Part shown: positions 54,232 through 64,000 of the stretch, piece after piece
Position numbering within the stretch: position 1 is the first letter of the stretch
Layout of the letters: every line of letters begins with the position of its first letter
Source: Octopus vulgaris
Lineage: Eukaryota
Assembly (NCBI GenBank): GCA_951406725.2
Contig: OX597823.1
Coordinates: 108,376,001-108,440,000 of the forward strand
Length of the DNA stretch: 64,000 bases
Direction of reading: 5' to 3'
The notes under the pieces: generated by a model
Seen by the model: the letters and a program-made list of their open reading frames with translations, nothing else
Databases searched by the model: none
Told to the model about the DNA's origin: nothing
Position numbers and translations under genes: made by a program

Positions 54232-54510
54232 TCTTTTATTCTTTTCTTTGTTATTTTGACAGTGGCCTTGCTGGAGCATCAGCTTTAGTCAAACAAATTG
54301 ACCCCAGTACTTATTCTTTGTAAGTCTAGTACTTATTCTATTGATCTCTTATTGCCAAAGCACTAAGTTATGGAGGCGTAAACACACCAACATTGGTTGT
54401 CAAGCAATGGTTGGGGGAGAAACAGATGCACAAATACACACACACACATACACATAAATGCGACAGGCTTCTTTCAGTTTCCATCTATCAAATCCACTCA
54501 CAAGGCTTTG
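54232..54510 (-). mobile_element. SINE family A, lacking the head
   Basis: Homology to other A copies. Confidence 0.8.
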
Positions 54511-54536
54511 ATATATACATACATGCACAAACATAC

Positions 54537-54586
<50 letters not shown>

Positions 54587-54587
<1 letters not shown>

Positions 54588-54774
54588 GAGATGTACTTGC
54601 ATAGCAAGTGACCTGATCTGAGATCATGTGCTGGAATGAAAACAATTGCAGCGTGGAAGGTGTTTATAAGCCATTTAAGAAACACAGAAAAACCGTTAGA
54701 TTCACTTCAACATTTGAATTTAATTTGTCAAAATATTTAAATAGCTTATAAACACCTTCCATGCTGCAATTGTT
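54587..54774 (-). mobile_element. Short (TA)n-associated element, same family as 30372-30517, with terminal inversion
   Basis: Shared start ggagatgtact.gcatagcaa; 54641-54678 is inverted at 54737-54774. Confidence 0.8.
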
Positions 54775-54881
54775 ATATATGTATGTATGTATATGTATAT
54801 CATCATCATCATTTAACATCCATTTTCCATGCTAGCATGTGTATGTGTGTGTGTGTGTGTATTTTACTTAGCAATTTGACA

Positions 54882-55297
54882 TAGGCGCAGGAGTGGCTGT
54901 GTGGTAAGTAGCTTGCTAACCAACCACATGGTTCCGGGTTCAGTCCCACTGCGTGGCATCTTGGGCAAGTGTCTTCTGCTATAGCCCGAGGCCAACCAAT
55001 GCTTTGTGGGTGGATTTGGTAGACAGAAACTGAAAGAAGCCTGTCGTATATATGTATATATGTATAAGTGTGTGTGTATATGTTTGTGTGTCTGTGTTTG
55101 TCCCCCTAGCATTGCTTGACAACCGATGCTGGTGTGTTTACGTCCCCGTCACTTAGCGGTTCGGCAAAAGAGACAGATAAAATAAGTACTGGGCTTACAA
55201 AGAATAAGTCCCGGGGTCGATTTGCTCGACTAAAGGCAGTGCTCCAGCATGGCCGCAGTCAAATGACTGAAACAAGTAAAAGAGTAAAAGAGTAAGA
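54882..55297 (+). mobile_element. SINE family A, young full-length copy
   Basis: Full head, core and (GTAAAAGA)n tail. Confidence 0.92.
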
Positions 55298-55773
55298 GAT
55301 TCTGCAATATCCAAAAATCTTGTTGGTGCAGGATATTTGGAACCATTTGTTAATATGGATGTACCCTATGTACACGGAACTTAAAGCGATGTGAAGCTGA
55401 GTTAAAATGTTATCAAATACATTTAAGTCCAACCAAATGTATTGAGTGCTACTTCTTTTTGTTTGCTCACTCATGCATATGTATGTGTATGTGTGTGTAA
55501 CTGTTTTTTTTTTTTTCAATTTCCTTCAACCAAATTCACTGTGAAGGCTTTGGTTGGCCTACGGTATAGCAGAAGATACCCAAAGTGTCACGCAGTGGGA
55601 CTGACCTGAAAACCACTACTTTGGATAGAAACTTTTCAACAAGACCACCATGCCAGTGCCTATTGTCTGTTTTACAATTGCAGTCACTGAAATTAAATGT
55701 GTACTCACACATGAGTTTGTTTTGATCTATAAAATAAGTCTTTTATACATACATACATACATACATACATACA

Positions 55774-55805
<32 letters not shown>

Positions 55806-55825
55806 CATATATATATATACATATA

Positions 55826-56075
55826 GGGAGAGTTTACGAAAAAAACAAAAGACTAAGACAGGTGGTGTACAAAACAAACAGATGTATTAGTATAATGCTC
55901 AGGAATAGAAAAAGTCTTTTACGTTTTGAGCCTACGCTCTTCTGCAGAAAAGGACACAGAAAAAAAAGGAGAGAAACAAGGAGAGAAAAAAGGAGAGAAA
56001 CAAGGAGAGGAAAAAGGAGAGAAAAAAGGAGAGAAAAAACATGTGTGTAGTGGCTAACAATCTATCATGGTGACT
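55826..56075 (-). mobile_element. Short (TA)n-inserted element with decayed minimal hammerhead
   Basis: Minus strand tttt-CTGCAGA-A-GAGC gtag GCTC-AAAAC-GTA^aaag at 55916-55951; internal 12-bp aaaaaaggagag tandem repeats. Confidence 0.75.
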
Positions 56076-56625
56076 ATATATATATATGTGTGGGTGTATG
56101 TATTTATGTGTGTATGTATATAAAATTAGTATTGATATTTGAATTGTACAAAACAAAACTTCAGCCAGTGACTAATAGAACTTGTGTAGCATATAAAATG
56201 CATCTCACAAAATGTAATAAAATATTTTACATGTCTGTACATGTTAGAACATTTTAGTATTGCTTAAATTTAATGTTTCCTGGTGGATATTTTTCAATTG
56301 CTGATGGACTTAATGAGGTTGCAATATTGATTGATTACTTGTACTGGCAGAACTTAATTGTGAGACTATTAATTATTTCAGTGTAAACAAAATGTAGCCA
56401 AATAGTTGAGAAGCTTGCTTTCTAAACATGAAGATAAAGAGTTCAATTCCACTGCAGAGCATCTTTGGCAAATATCATTTTCTTTTGATGTTAGTCAAGC
56501 TTATGAGAAGATTTGGATTGAAAGAATTTGTTCAGAAACCCTTAGACTGGTTTATATCCCTGATTCAAGAGATACAGCCTTGTCACACACTATGTCATGC
56601 GGATTCTAACTGAAAATTGCATTAA

Positions 56626-56848
56626 CCCTTTCGTTACCAACCTGGCTCAAACCAGCTCTGGCTCTGTAGTACAAATGTCTTGTTTTCATAAGTTCTGAAT
56701 TAAAATATTCCACCAAACCTTAGTCACAATTTATGTGCCTAACACTAGCTTATTGATAACTAAGTTATTTTACTAAATTCTTTGTTGTATTTAAAGTAAT
56801 TGAAAAAACAACACAGAGTATCTCAAAATAAATACAGTGACGAAAGGG
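56626..56848. mobile_element. piggyBac-like MITE
   Basis: TTAA-ccctttcgttac ... gtgacgaaaggg-TTGA (TIRs with TTAA-type TSD). Confidence 0.8.
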
Positions 56849-56939
56849 TTGAGAGTACTCATGGGTGTGGGATACTCAATCACTTACACATTACTTCAGG
56901 TGCAGGTAATACCAGTGATTCAGTATTACTCAACCATTT

Positions 56940-57174
56940 TTTACGGTGGCACGTAAAAAGCACCAACCGATCATGGCCATTGCCAGCCTCCCCTGGCACC
57001 TGTGCTGGTGGCACATAAAAAGCACCCACTACACTCACAGAGTGGCTGGCGTTAGGAAGGGCATCCAGCTGTAGAAACACTGCCAGATCAAGATTAGAGC
57101 CTGGTGCAGCCTCCTGGCTTCCCAGACCCCGGTAGAACCGTCCAACCCATGCTAGTATGGAAAACGGATGTTAA

Positions 57175-57210
<36 letters not shown>
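56940..57210 (+). mobile_element. SINE family C
   Basis: ggctggcgttaggaagggcatccagctgtagaaac...ggaaaacggatgttaaa(tga)n. Confidence 0.88.
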
Positions 57211-57212
<2 letters not shown>

Positions 57213-57613
57213 TCTCTTTGATTCTTATTTTATTCAAATGGACTCTCATAGCCATTCAGTGCTTCTAAAATCCTATTGTATTTTTATAATTAAATATTAT
57301 CAGGAATTGTATAAAAAAATTTTTATAAATATTTCCTGTATTGCTAAAGCATAACCAATTTATTGCTGATAAATTTTAACAACAAAAAATATGGCCTACA
57401 AGGGCCATTTAGATCCAGTTGAGAACCATTGAAGTAATTAAACAGCTGAATTCTTGTCATTAGGTGATGGAGATCCATCACCAATTATTTTGTTGGAAGA
57501 ATGAAAATTTGACCCATGCAAAATTTGAACTTATACTTTTTTTGGTGGCAATGTGAAGGAGATGGTGATGAAGGTGGTGGTTTGAAAAGAGTGATAGTTA
57601 ACCACTTAAGATA

Positions 57614-57790
57614 CTCGTGGAAGCACATGGACTAGTGGTTAGAGCAGAGGACTCGCAGTCGAGGGATCGTGAGTTCGAATCTCAGACCGGGCAATGTGTG
57701 TGTTTATGAGCGAAACACCTAAGCTCCATGTGGCTCCGGCAGAAGGTAATAGCCTCAGGCCAACCAAAGCCTTGTGAGTGGATTTGGTAC
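57614..57790 (+). mobile_element. tRNA-derived SINE head (61284-61588 type) joined to a family A fragment
   Basis: agtggttagagcagaggactcgcagtcgagggatcgtgagttcgaatctc, then agcctcaggccaaccaaagccttgtgagtggatttggta. Confidence 0.75.
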
Positions 57791-58159
57791 TACTACTACT
57801 ACTACTTCCCATTGCCACCAACACCACCATCATCTACTCACCACCACCAACACCACCTGATACTTGTATATCTTTCATTTTTACTGCATAATCATTTAAC
57901 TCCTTAGATGTAAGGATTGTTAAAAAACAATGTATTTTAGTAAAGGTGTGTCACGTAAGAAACATTACAGGTGATAGGAGAACAAATGGGGCTGGGTTAG
58001 CATTCAGTTTTCAGACAAAAGAAATTGTAAAAGTTGCAGAAGACTTAGAGAAGGAGACAGTTATGGAATAATGCCTGTTATGTATTTATACTAATAAAAT
58101 GGCCCCTTTTTTCTTGTGGGGGTGCAGTTAGAACTTTGAACATATTGTAGGGGATGAGG

Positions 58160-58556
58160 CTGTTATATTAAGTGGACAAACTCCCCATTTACTGGCTTAT
58201 CTATTCTCAGGAAATTGGCGAAATTGGCATGGTCAAAAAGGACTGACTTGTAAGTGGCTAGGGGAGGGCATTTGCCTTTGGTGCACCAAGGTGATCTGTG
58301 GAGGGGGTGACCCATATCCCCATATGAGGTTACTTCCTCTTTCCAATTTTGGAACTCCTTTCCTCTTCTCATTTTGTCCTTATCCATCATTATTGTTATT
58401 TATATATTCATGTGTTTTTATTGTTATTGTTGACCCCTTACTCCTTTGACTCCATGGCAATCTCCCCAACCCTGTTTCTGGTGTCTTGTTTTCTTTTGTG
58501 TTATGCTTTTGAACTGTCCCCACCGTCTTGGACCCTTGTGGCCAATAAAAAATTCA
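58160..58556 (+). mobile_element. 3' end of a non-LTR retrotransposon
   Basis: ORF-like end followed by a T-rich UTR ending ggacccttgtggccaataaaaaatt, abutting (ATT/CAT)n. Confidence 0.55.
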
Positions 58557-58671
58557 TTATCATCATCGTCAATATTATTATTATTGTAGTTGTTGTTGTT
58601 GTTATTGTTCATTATTCTTTTCTAACTTTTATCAATTTTTGTCAATATTATTTTTTGTCATTATTATTTTC

Positions 58672-58830
58672 TGGTTGAGCAATGGCAGAAATGGTTAAAT
58701 GTCAAATTAATGCCTCTTGGTATTTAGTTTTGTCCATTTTACATTCTCAATATGAATCCCACAAGATTTATATCTGTCCTTTCATCTCTTCACAGTCAAT
58801 AAAATAAGCACCAGTTATATATTGAGGTCA
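58672..58830 (+). mobile_element. SINE family B, decayed
   Basis: cctttcatctcttcacagtcaataaaataagcaccagtt. Confidence 0.55.
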
Positions 58831-58889
58831 ATTTAATTGATGGCACACCTCGTCCTTACAAATGAATAGCTTCCTTATAAATTTATAAA

Positions 58890-59091
58890 TCATCATCATC
58901 ATCATCATCATTGTCATTGTTGTTTTCATCATCACCATCATCGTCATCACTATCATCATCATCATCATTGTTATTGTCATCATCATTGCTGTTGTTGTCG
59001 TCGTCGTCGTCACCATCATCATCATCAGCATCAACATCATCAACATCATCATCATCACCATCATCACCATCACCATCATCATCACCATCAC

Positions 59092-59156
<65 letters not shown>

Positions 59157-59197
59157 ACATCACCATCATCATCACCATCACCATCATCATCATCATC

Positions 59198-59258
<61 letters not shown>

Positions 59259-59350
59259 CCATCACCACCATCATCATCATCATCATCATCATCAATGTCA
59301 TCATCATCATCATCGTCGCCATCGCCGTCATGATTGTTGCCATCATCATC
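58890..59350. repeat. (CAT)n microsatellite
   Basis: Directly visible. Confidence 0.97.
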
Positions 59351-60356
59351 ATGGCAATCCTTCTTATCTATATAATATTGAATCATTTTTCTTCTTCCTG
59401 AATTATTCTCTTTCTTCCTGTTGTTTTTATTATTATAAGAAATCCTTATTAAGTAAAAAACAATAAATCATCATTATTATTATTATTATTATTATTGTTA
59501 TTTTTATTATATTGCTATTATTAGTAATATAATTCATATTATTGTTATAATTTTTATCATTATCCTAATTCTTCTTATACTTATTGTCTTTGCTATTAAT
59601 TTTTCCCCTTTTTCTTCCATATATAAATGTGTGTGTGTGTGCGTGTGTATGTGTGTGTGAGTGTGTGTGTGTGCATGTGTGTGTGTGTGTATGTGTGTAT
59701 ACATCTATTTCTCTTTCAAGTGACCAGCTTTCATGATAGGTGGCAAGTGTCCTACTAAAGTACATGCTAAGGCATTGAGGTCAGTGGGTCAGCAAATTAG
59801 CGCAAATCTATGATAGGTGGTGCAGTGTGCACTGGAGTAGAAACTACGACTGTGGCTGGCCGATCATCAATGAAGTGTGTCAGTGCAAGTCACTGGACAG
59901 AGAAAACAGTGATGTTTAATCAATGCTTATATCCCTCGTGTATTGAAGGACACGTCGATTGATTGCAACACACCCACACACACGCACACACACACACACA
60001 CACATATACACACTCATATATACACGCATATACATATTTGCTCTCAATGACACAGCCGTATACTTACATACACTAACGTACACATACTAATATTGTTACA
60101 CACATGTATGTATGTAGGCAAAAATTAACCCTCAAACTCAAGTACACACAGACACACAAGCACACACACACACACACACAAGCACACACACACACACACA
60201 CACAAGCACACACACACATACACACACATTTATATATTTGTGTACGTTCACATATTGATAAATACACTAGAATACTCAGGTTTATACATAATGAATATAT
60301 ATATATATATATATAAGTATATATATATTTATATGGATATCTATCTATCTACTTAC

Positions 60357-60388
<32 letters not shown>

Positions 60389-60994
60389 ATATACATACAT
60401 ACATATATATATGCACATTATATATATATATATATATATATGTTATGCTCATTAGCACACCTGCACACATATAACACACACTCACTCACACACATCCATT
60501 AATTCATTCATAAATACATATACAAGAACATGCACACATACAATTGTTATACAAATTACATGTGTTTTAATACATGTATTCACAGACTTATACACGCTAT
60601 TTTTCTCCCACGTATACATCCATATTCATTAAATATACATATACACACACACACAATGACACACACACACATACACATACACAAACATGCACACAAACAC
60701 TCATAGATACTCTCGTGTGTGTATGTGTGTGTGTGTGTTTGTGTGATGGTATACTGAAAGAGTGAGAGAGAAGAGAGAAAGAGAAAAGAGTGGGAGACAG
60801 AGAGAGAGTGAGAGAGAGAGAGAGAGAGAAATCTCTGCATATAGTTATGTGAGATAGTGTAATTAATTCAACCCAAACATGTTACTGGTACCTAACGTAG
60901 TGATGACATGGGGTGGGCAAAAAAAGAAGATTCTGAAACCTACAATGGCATCAATTGCAAGATAATTTCGTTAATAATTAATATTTCATATCTT

Positions 60995-61260
60995 AACTTG
61001 GTATTGAATAAAGAGTATCTGGACAGGCTGGAAACAAACGAGATATGCTTGCTCTACTGGATATGTAATGCTTAAGTGCAACAATGATTAAAAAAAATCT
61101 AGGTATGGGCAATATCAGATGTAATGAGCAAGACATGTAATTGAGCTGGTATGGGCTTGTGTTTGGAGGACGATGTGGTTTGAGTGCAAACAGATAGAAC
61201 TTGAGGAATAATATGCTGAAGAAAGACATGAGAAGAAGGAAGAAGGGTAAACCTTTCCAA
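60995..61260 (+). mobile_element. RTE-clade LINE remnant
   Basis: Decayed EYLDRLETNEICLLYWICN...LGMGNIRCN...LSWYGLV, matching the RTE RLERNE..MLRW.C...LRWYGHV pattern. Confidence 0.7.
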
Positions 61261-61283
61261 AAGGTGCCACGATATATATATAT

Positions 61284-61588
61284 ATCACGTGATCACGTGA
61301 CCGACCAGACCATCAGATGTTGTTACACATCGCTGGTCACAATGCGTTCGCATTGTTTTAGCCTTCGAATGACGCCACCCCGCTGGCTAAGTGAGCAGGC
61401 CAACAGAAGAAAGAGTGGAAGAAAGAGTGGTGAAAGAGTACAGCAGGGATCACCACCCCCTGCCAGAGCTTCGTGGAGCTTTTAGGTGTTTTCGCTCAAT
61501 AAACACACACAACGCCCGGTCTGGGAATCGAAACCGCGATCCTGCGACCGCGAGTCCGCTGCCCTAACCACTAGGCCATTGCGCCTCC
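61284..61588 (-). mobile_element. Young tRNA-derived SINE in (TA)n
   Basis: Minus strand ggaggcgcaatggcctagtggttagggcagcggactcgcggtcgcaggatcgcggtttcgattccc (A and B boxes), CpG-rich. Confidence 0.88.
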
Positions 61589-61606
61589 ATATATATATAT
61601 ATATAT

Positions 61607-61750
61607 CTGGAAAATTAAAATGACAAACAAATAAGGAATAATATCATGAACTTCATTAGCTTACTGCTGTTTCTTCTATAGGATGCAATGCACCCTATGG
61701 CTTCATCAGAGCATCAAACATGAAGCTCACTATAATATTCATTTGTAAGT
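61607..61750 (-). mobile_element. Short (TA)n-inserted element with hammerhead motif
   Basis: Minus strand gct-CTGATGA-agcc ATAGGGTGC att GCATCCTAT agaa-GAAAC AGCA GTA^agc at 61659-61712. Confidence 0.7.
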
Positions 61751-61899
61751 ATATATATGTCCTCTACCTTGGATCTTCCTTTTCCATAAGTCCCATCCAC
61801 TTTAAGTGATCAGCCAACTGTTAACACGTCTTGTGTCCATCTCCCATGTTCCTACCTTTAGGCTTTCACTCCATTCATGCCAGCTCAATTTGAATCGCT

Positions 61900-62240
61900 C
61901 TCAGCTGAAAGATGCCTGTTGTTATTTCTTGTTGTATGTATTCGTAATTCTGTACCATGTTCTCTGTTTTCTTTTGTTTTTTCTTTGTTGCCGCATACAT
62001 TCGCTAGGTTTCTTACAAAGGGGTCTAGTGCTCTTAGCTTAGACCTTTTGGGGGACAACCAGATTCAACCATCTCAAGTATAACTGTCCGAAATGGTCAT
62101 GACTTCTGGTACTTGTCTGAAGAAAGAAAGCCAAGAACAACCTATCTTTTTTGTCCGTCCTTCTAATTGTTGTTTCTCTTGTCCGCCTTTGTGTCGTCTA
62201 TCTGTCCGAATGTTTTAATGCCCTATATTGCATTTTTGTT
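61900..62240 (+). mobile_element. Unclassified repeat related to 17955-18345
   Basis: Diverged collinear homology. Confidence 0.5.
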
Positions 62241-62598
62241 CCATTTATACATATATATATATACCAAAGCATTATTACTGTTAAACAGTAATAATAAAGT
62301 GGTTAGCAAGACTTCTACCTTAATAGGTGTAATATGAAATATTTGAATAAAAGAAGGGTAAAAATAACACTTGCCAAAGATGAAAGCAAAGGAGTCAAAA
62401 ACCACCAATACTATGATAGATACATACACAAGTAATGCAATGAATATTTTAAAAAATAGTCCTACCTTCAGGATGGAATTTGAAGGTAGTTTACATACCC
62501 CAATATCAATTGATTACGTAATTAATATTTTAGAACTACATGTTACTATCTCCAAGTAAACAAAGCGTGTTTTCTCATGCACAGCATGAAATCAATTG

Positions 62599-62636
<38 letters not shown>

Positions 62637-62654
62637 AGGTGCAGAGTCTCATTT

Positions 62655-62742
62655 GCTCAACTGCTAAGTTACAAGGACATAAACACACCAACATTGGTTG
62701 TCAAGCGATGGTGGTGGGGACAAACACAGACACACACATATA

Positions 62743-62790
<48 letters not shown>

Positions 62791-62974
62791 TATATATATA
62801 TGTATATATATACACGATGGGCTTCTTTCAGTTTCCGTCTACCAAATCCACTCACAAGGCTTTGGTCAGCCTGAGTCTATAGCAGAAGACACTTGCCCAA
62901 GGGGCCACGCAGTAGGACTGAACCTGGAACCATGTAGTTGGTAAGCAAGCTACTTACCACACAGCCACTCCTAT
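62655..62974 (-). mobile_element. SINE family A lacking the tail, with expanded internal (TA)n
   Basis: Homology to other A copies. Confidence 0.85.
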
Positions 62975-63014
62975 GCCAACGTGCTATTTATATATACACA
63001 TACATGTATTTTTG

Positions 63015-63049
<35 letters not shown>

Positions 63050-63539
63050 TCATATATATATATATATCAACACAGAAACACATATACTTGCATGCATATA
63101 CACATACATACATACTTAACATATATACATAAATAAATTACAATAGAAAGATTGTATCTGTTTGTGCATGTTTGTGTGTGTATGTGTGTTTGTGGGGACA
63201 AACACAGAGGCACACACTCACACACACACACACACACACACACCAACACGCATACATACACAAATTCACACTGCAGTACATGTAACTGATGCCTGTATGT
63301 TCGTACACACAAAAACACACCCAAGTGAATATTTTATTAGGATATAATGAAGAAGCAGCGACACGTTCATCAAAAGAGGAAATAGGCAGAAAATCCTTAT
63401 TATGTCAAGAGTACCATGGAGACTTTGGACTGACATAAAAAGGTATTTAGGCTGTTGATGATACAGCAGGATATATATTTGTATGTGACTCTATAGACAT
63501 ATGTGTGTATGTGTACACATGTGGGCGTATGTGTGATCT

Positions 63540-63577
<38 letters not shown>

Positions 63578-63718
63578 TACACTTCTTTTAGGCTTTTATA
63601 GTAAAGTGATAATAAGATTAACTAGAATGTTCAGAGGTGTTTTACTGATATGGTCTTATATGCATTTGTGAGGAATATGTATGTAGTTTTGGCATTAAAT
63701 TTGTGTGTGTGAGTGTCT

Positions 63719-63751
<33 letters not shown>

Positions 63752-63870
63752 AGCGTGTGTGTAAGTGTGCGTAGATGTATTGAGTTGATAGAATTTCTAT
63801 ATTGTACATATGCATACATACATATATATATGTAAAGATACACACACACATACACACACACATGCACATA

Positions 63871-63944
<74 letters not shown>

Positions 63945-64000
63945 AAGAGAGATTACTTGAAAGATAGATAGATAGAATAGATAGATAGATAGATAGATAG

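Noticed and set aside
59779-59920. Cys/Trp-rich reading frame YDRWCSVHW...VCQCK, superficially Wnt-like
   Set aside because: Cysteine spacing does not match the Wnt C-terminus; upstream in-frame stop and no convincing in-frame acceptor.
61510-61588. tRNA gene
   Set aside because: The tRNA-like sequence runs straight into a SINE body and a related head occurs at 57614; it is a SINE head.

Overview
Gene-free, AT-rich eukaryotic DNA saturated with repeats. The SINE families and microsatellite load look like an octopus genome (inference from family recognition, not a database match). I can support no intact host protein-coding gene: nearly all listed ORFs are translations of microsatellites or SINEs. 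The window holds four tRNA-derived or Meta-like SINE families (more than 40 copies or fragments), decayed Penelope-like (RT + GIY-YIG), RTE and other LINE remnants, three mariner remnants, MITEs and one non-autonomous Helitron. The main signal is a set of short (about 100-400 bp) non-coding inserts, mostly sitting in (TA)n tracts, from at least six unrelated families. Each carries a minimal type I hammerhead-ribozyme (HHR) motif: CUGANGA, stem II, GAAA, palindromic helix III, NUH. One has a fully intact core (52314-52356), one has a compensated G3-C8 core swap (30394), several are built as inverted palindromes, and one copy is truncated right at the predicted self-cleavage site. Together they suggest Penelope-mobilised, ribozyme-processed, microsatellite-targeted mini-retroelements. 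A tight cluster of RFX X-box motifs at about 45.3 kb is a candidate enhancer. Coordinates were read by eye, and ends of decayed repeats are approximate.
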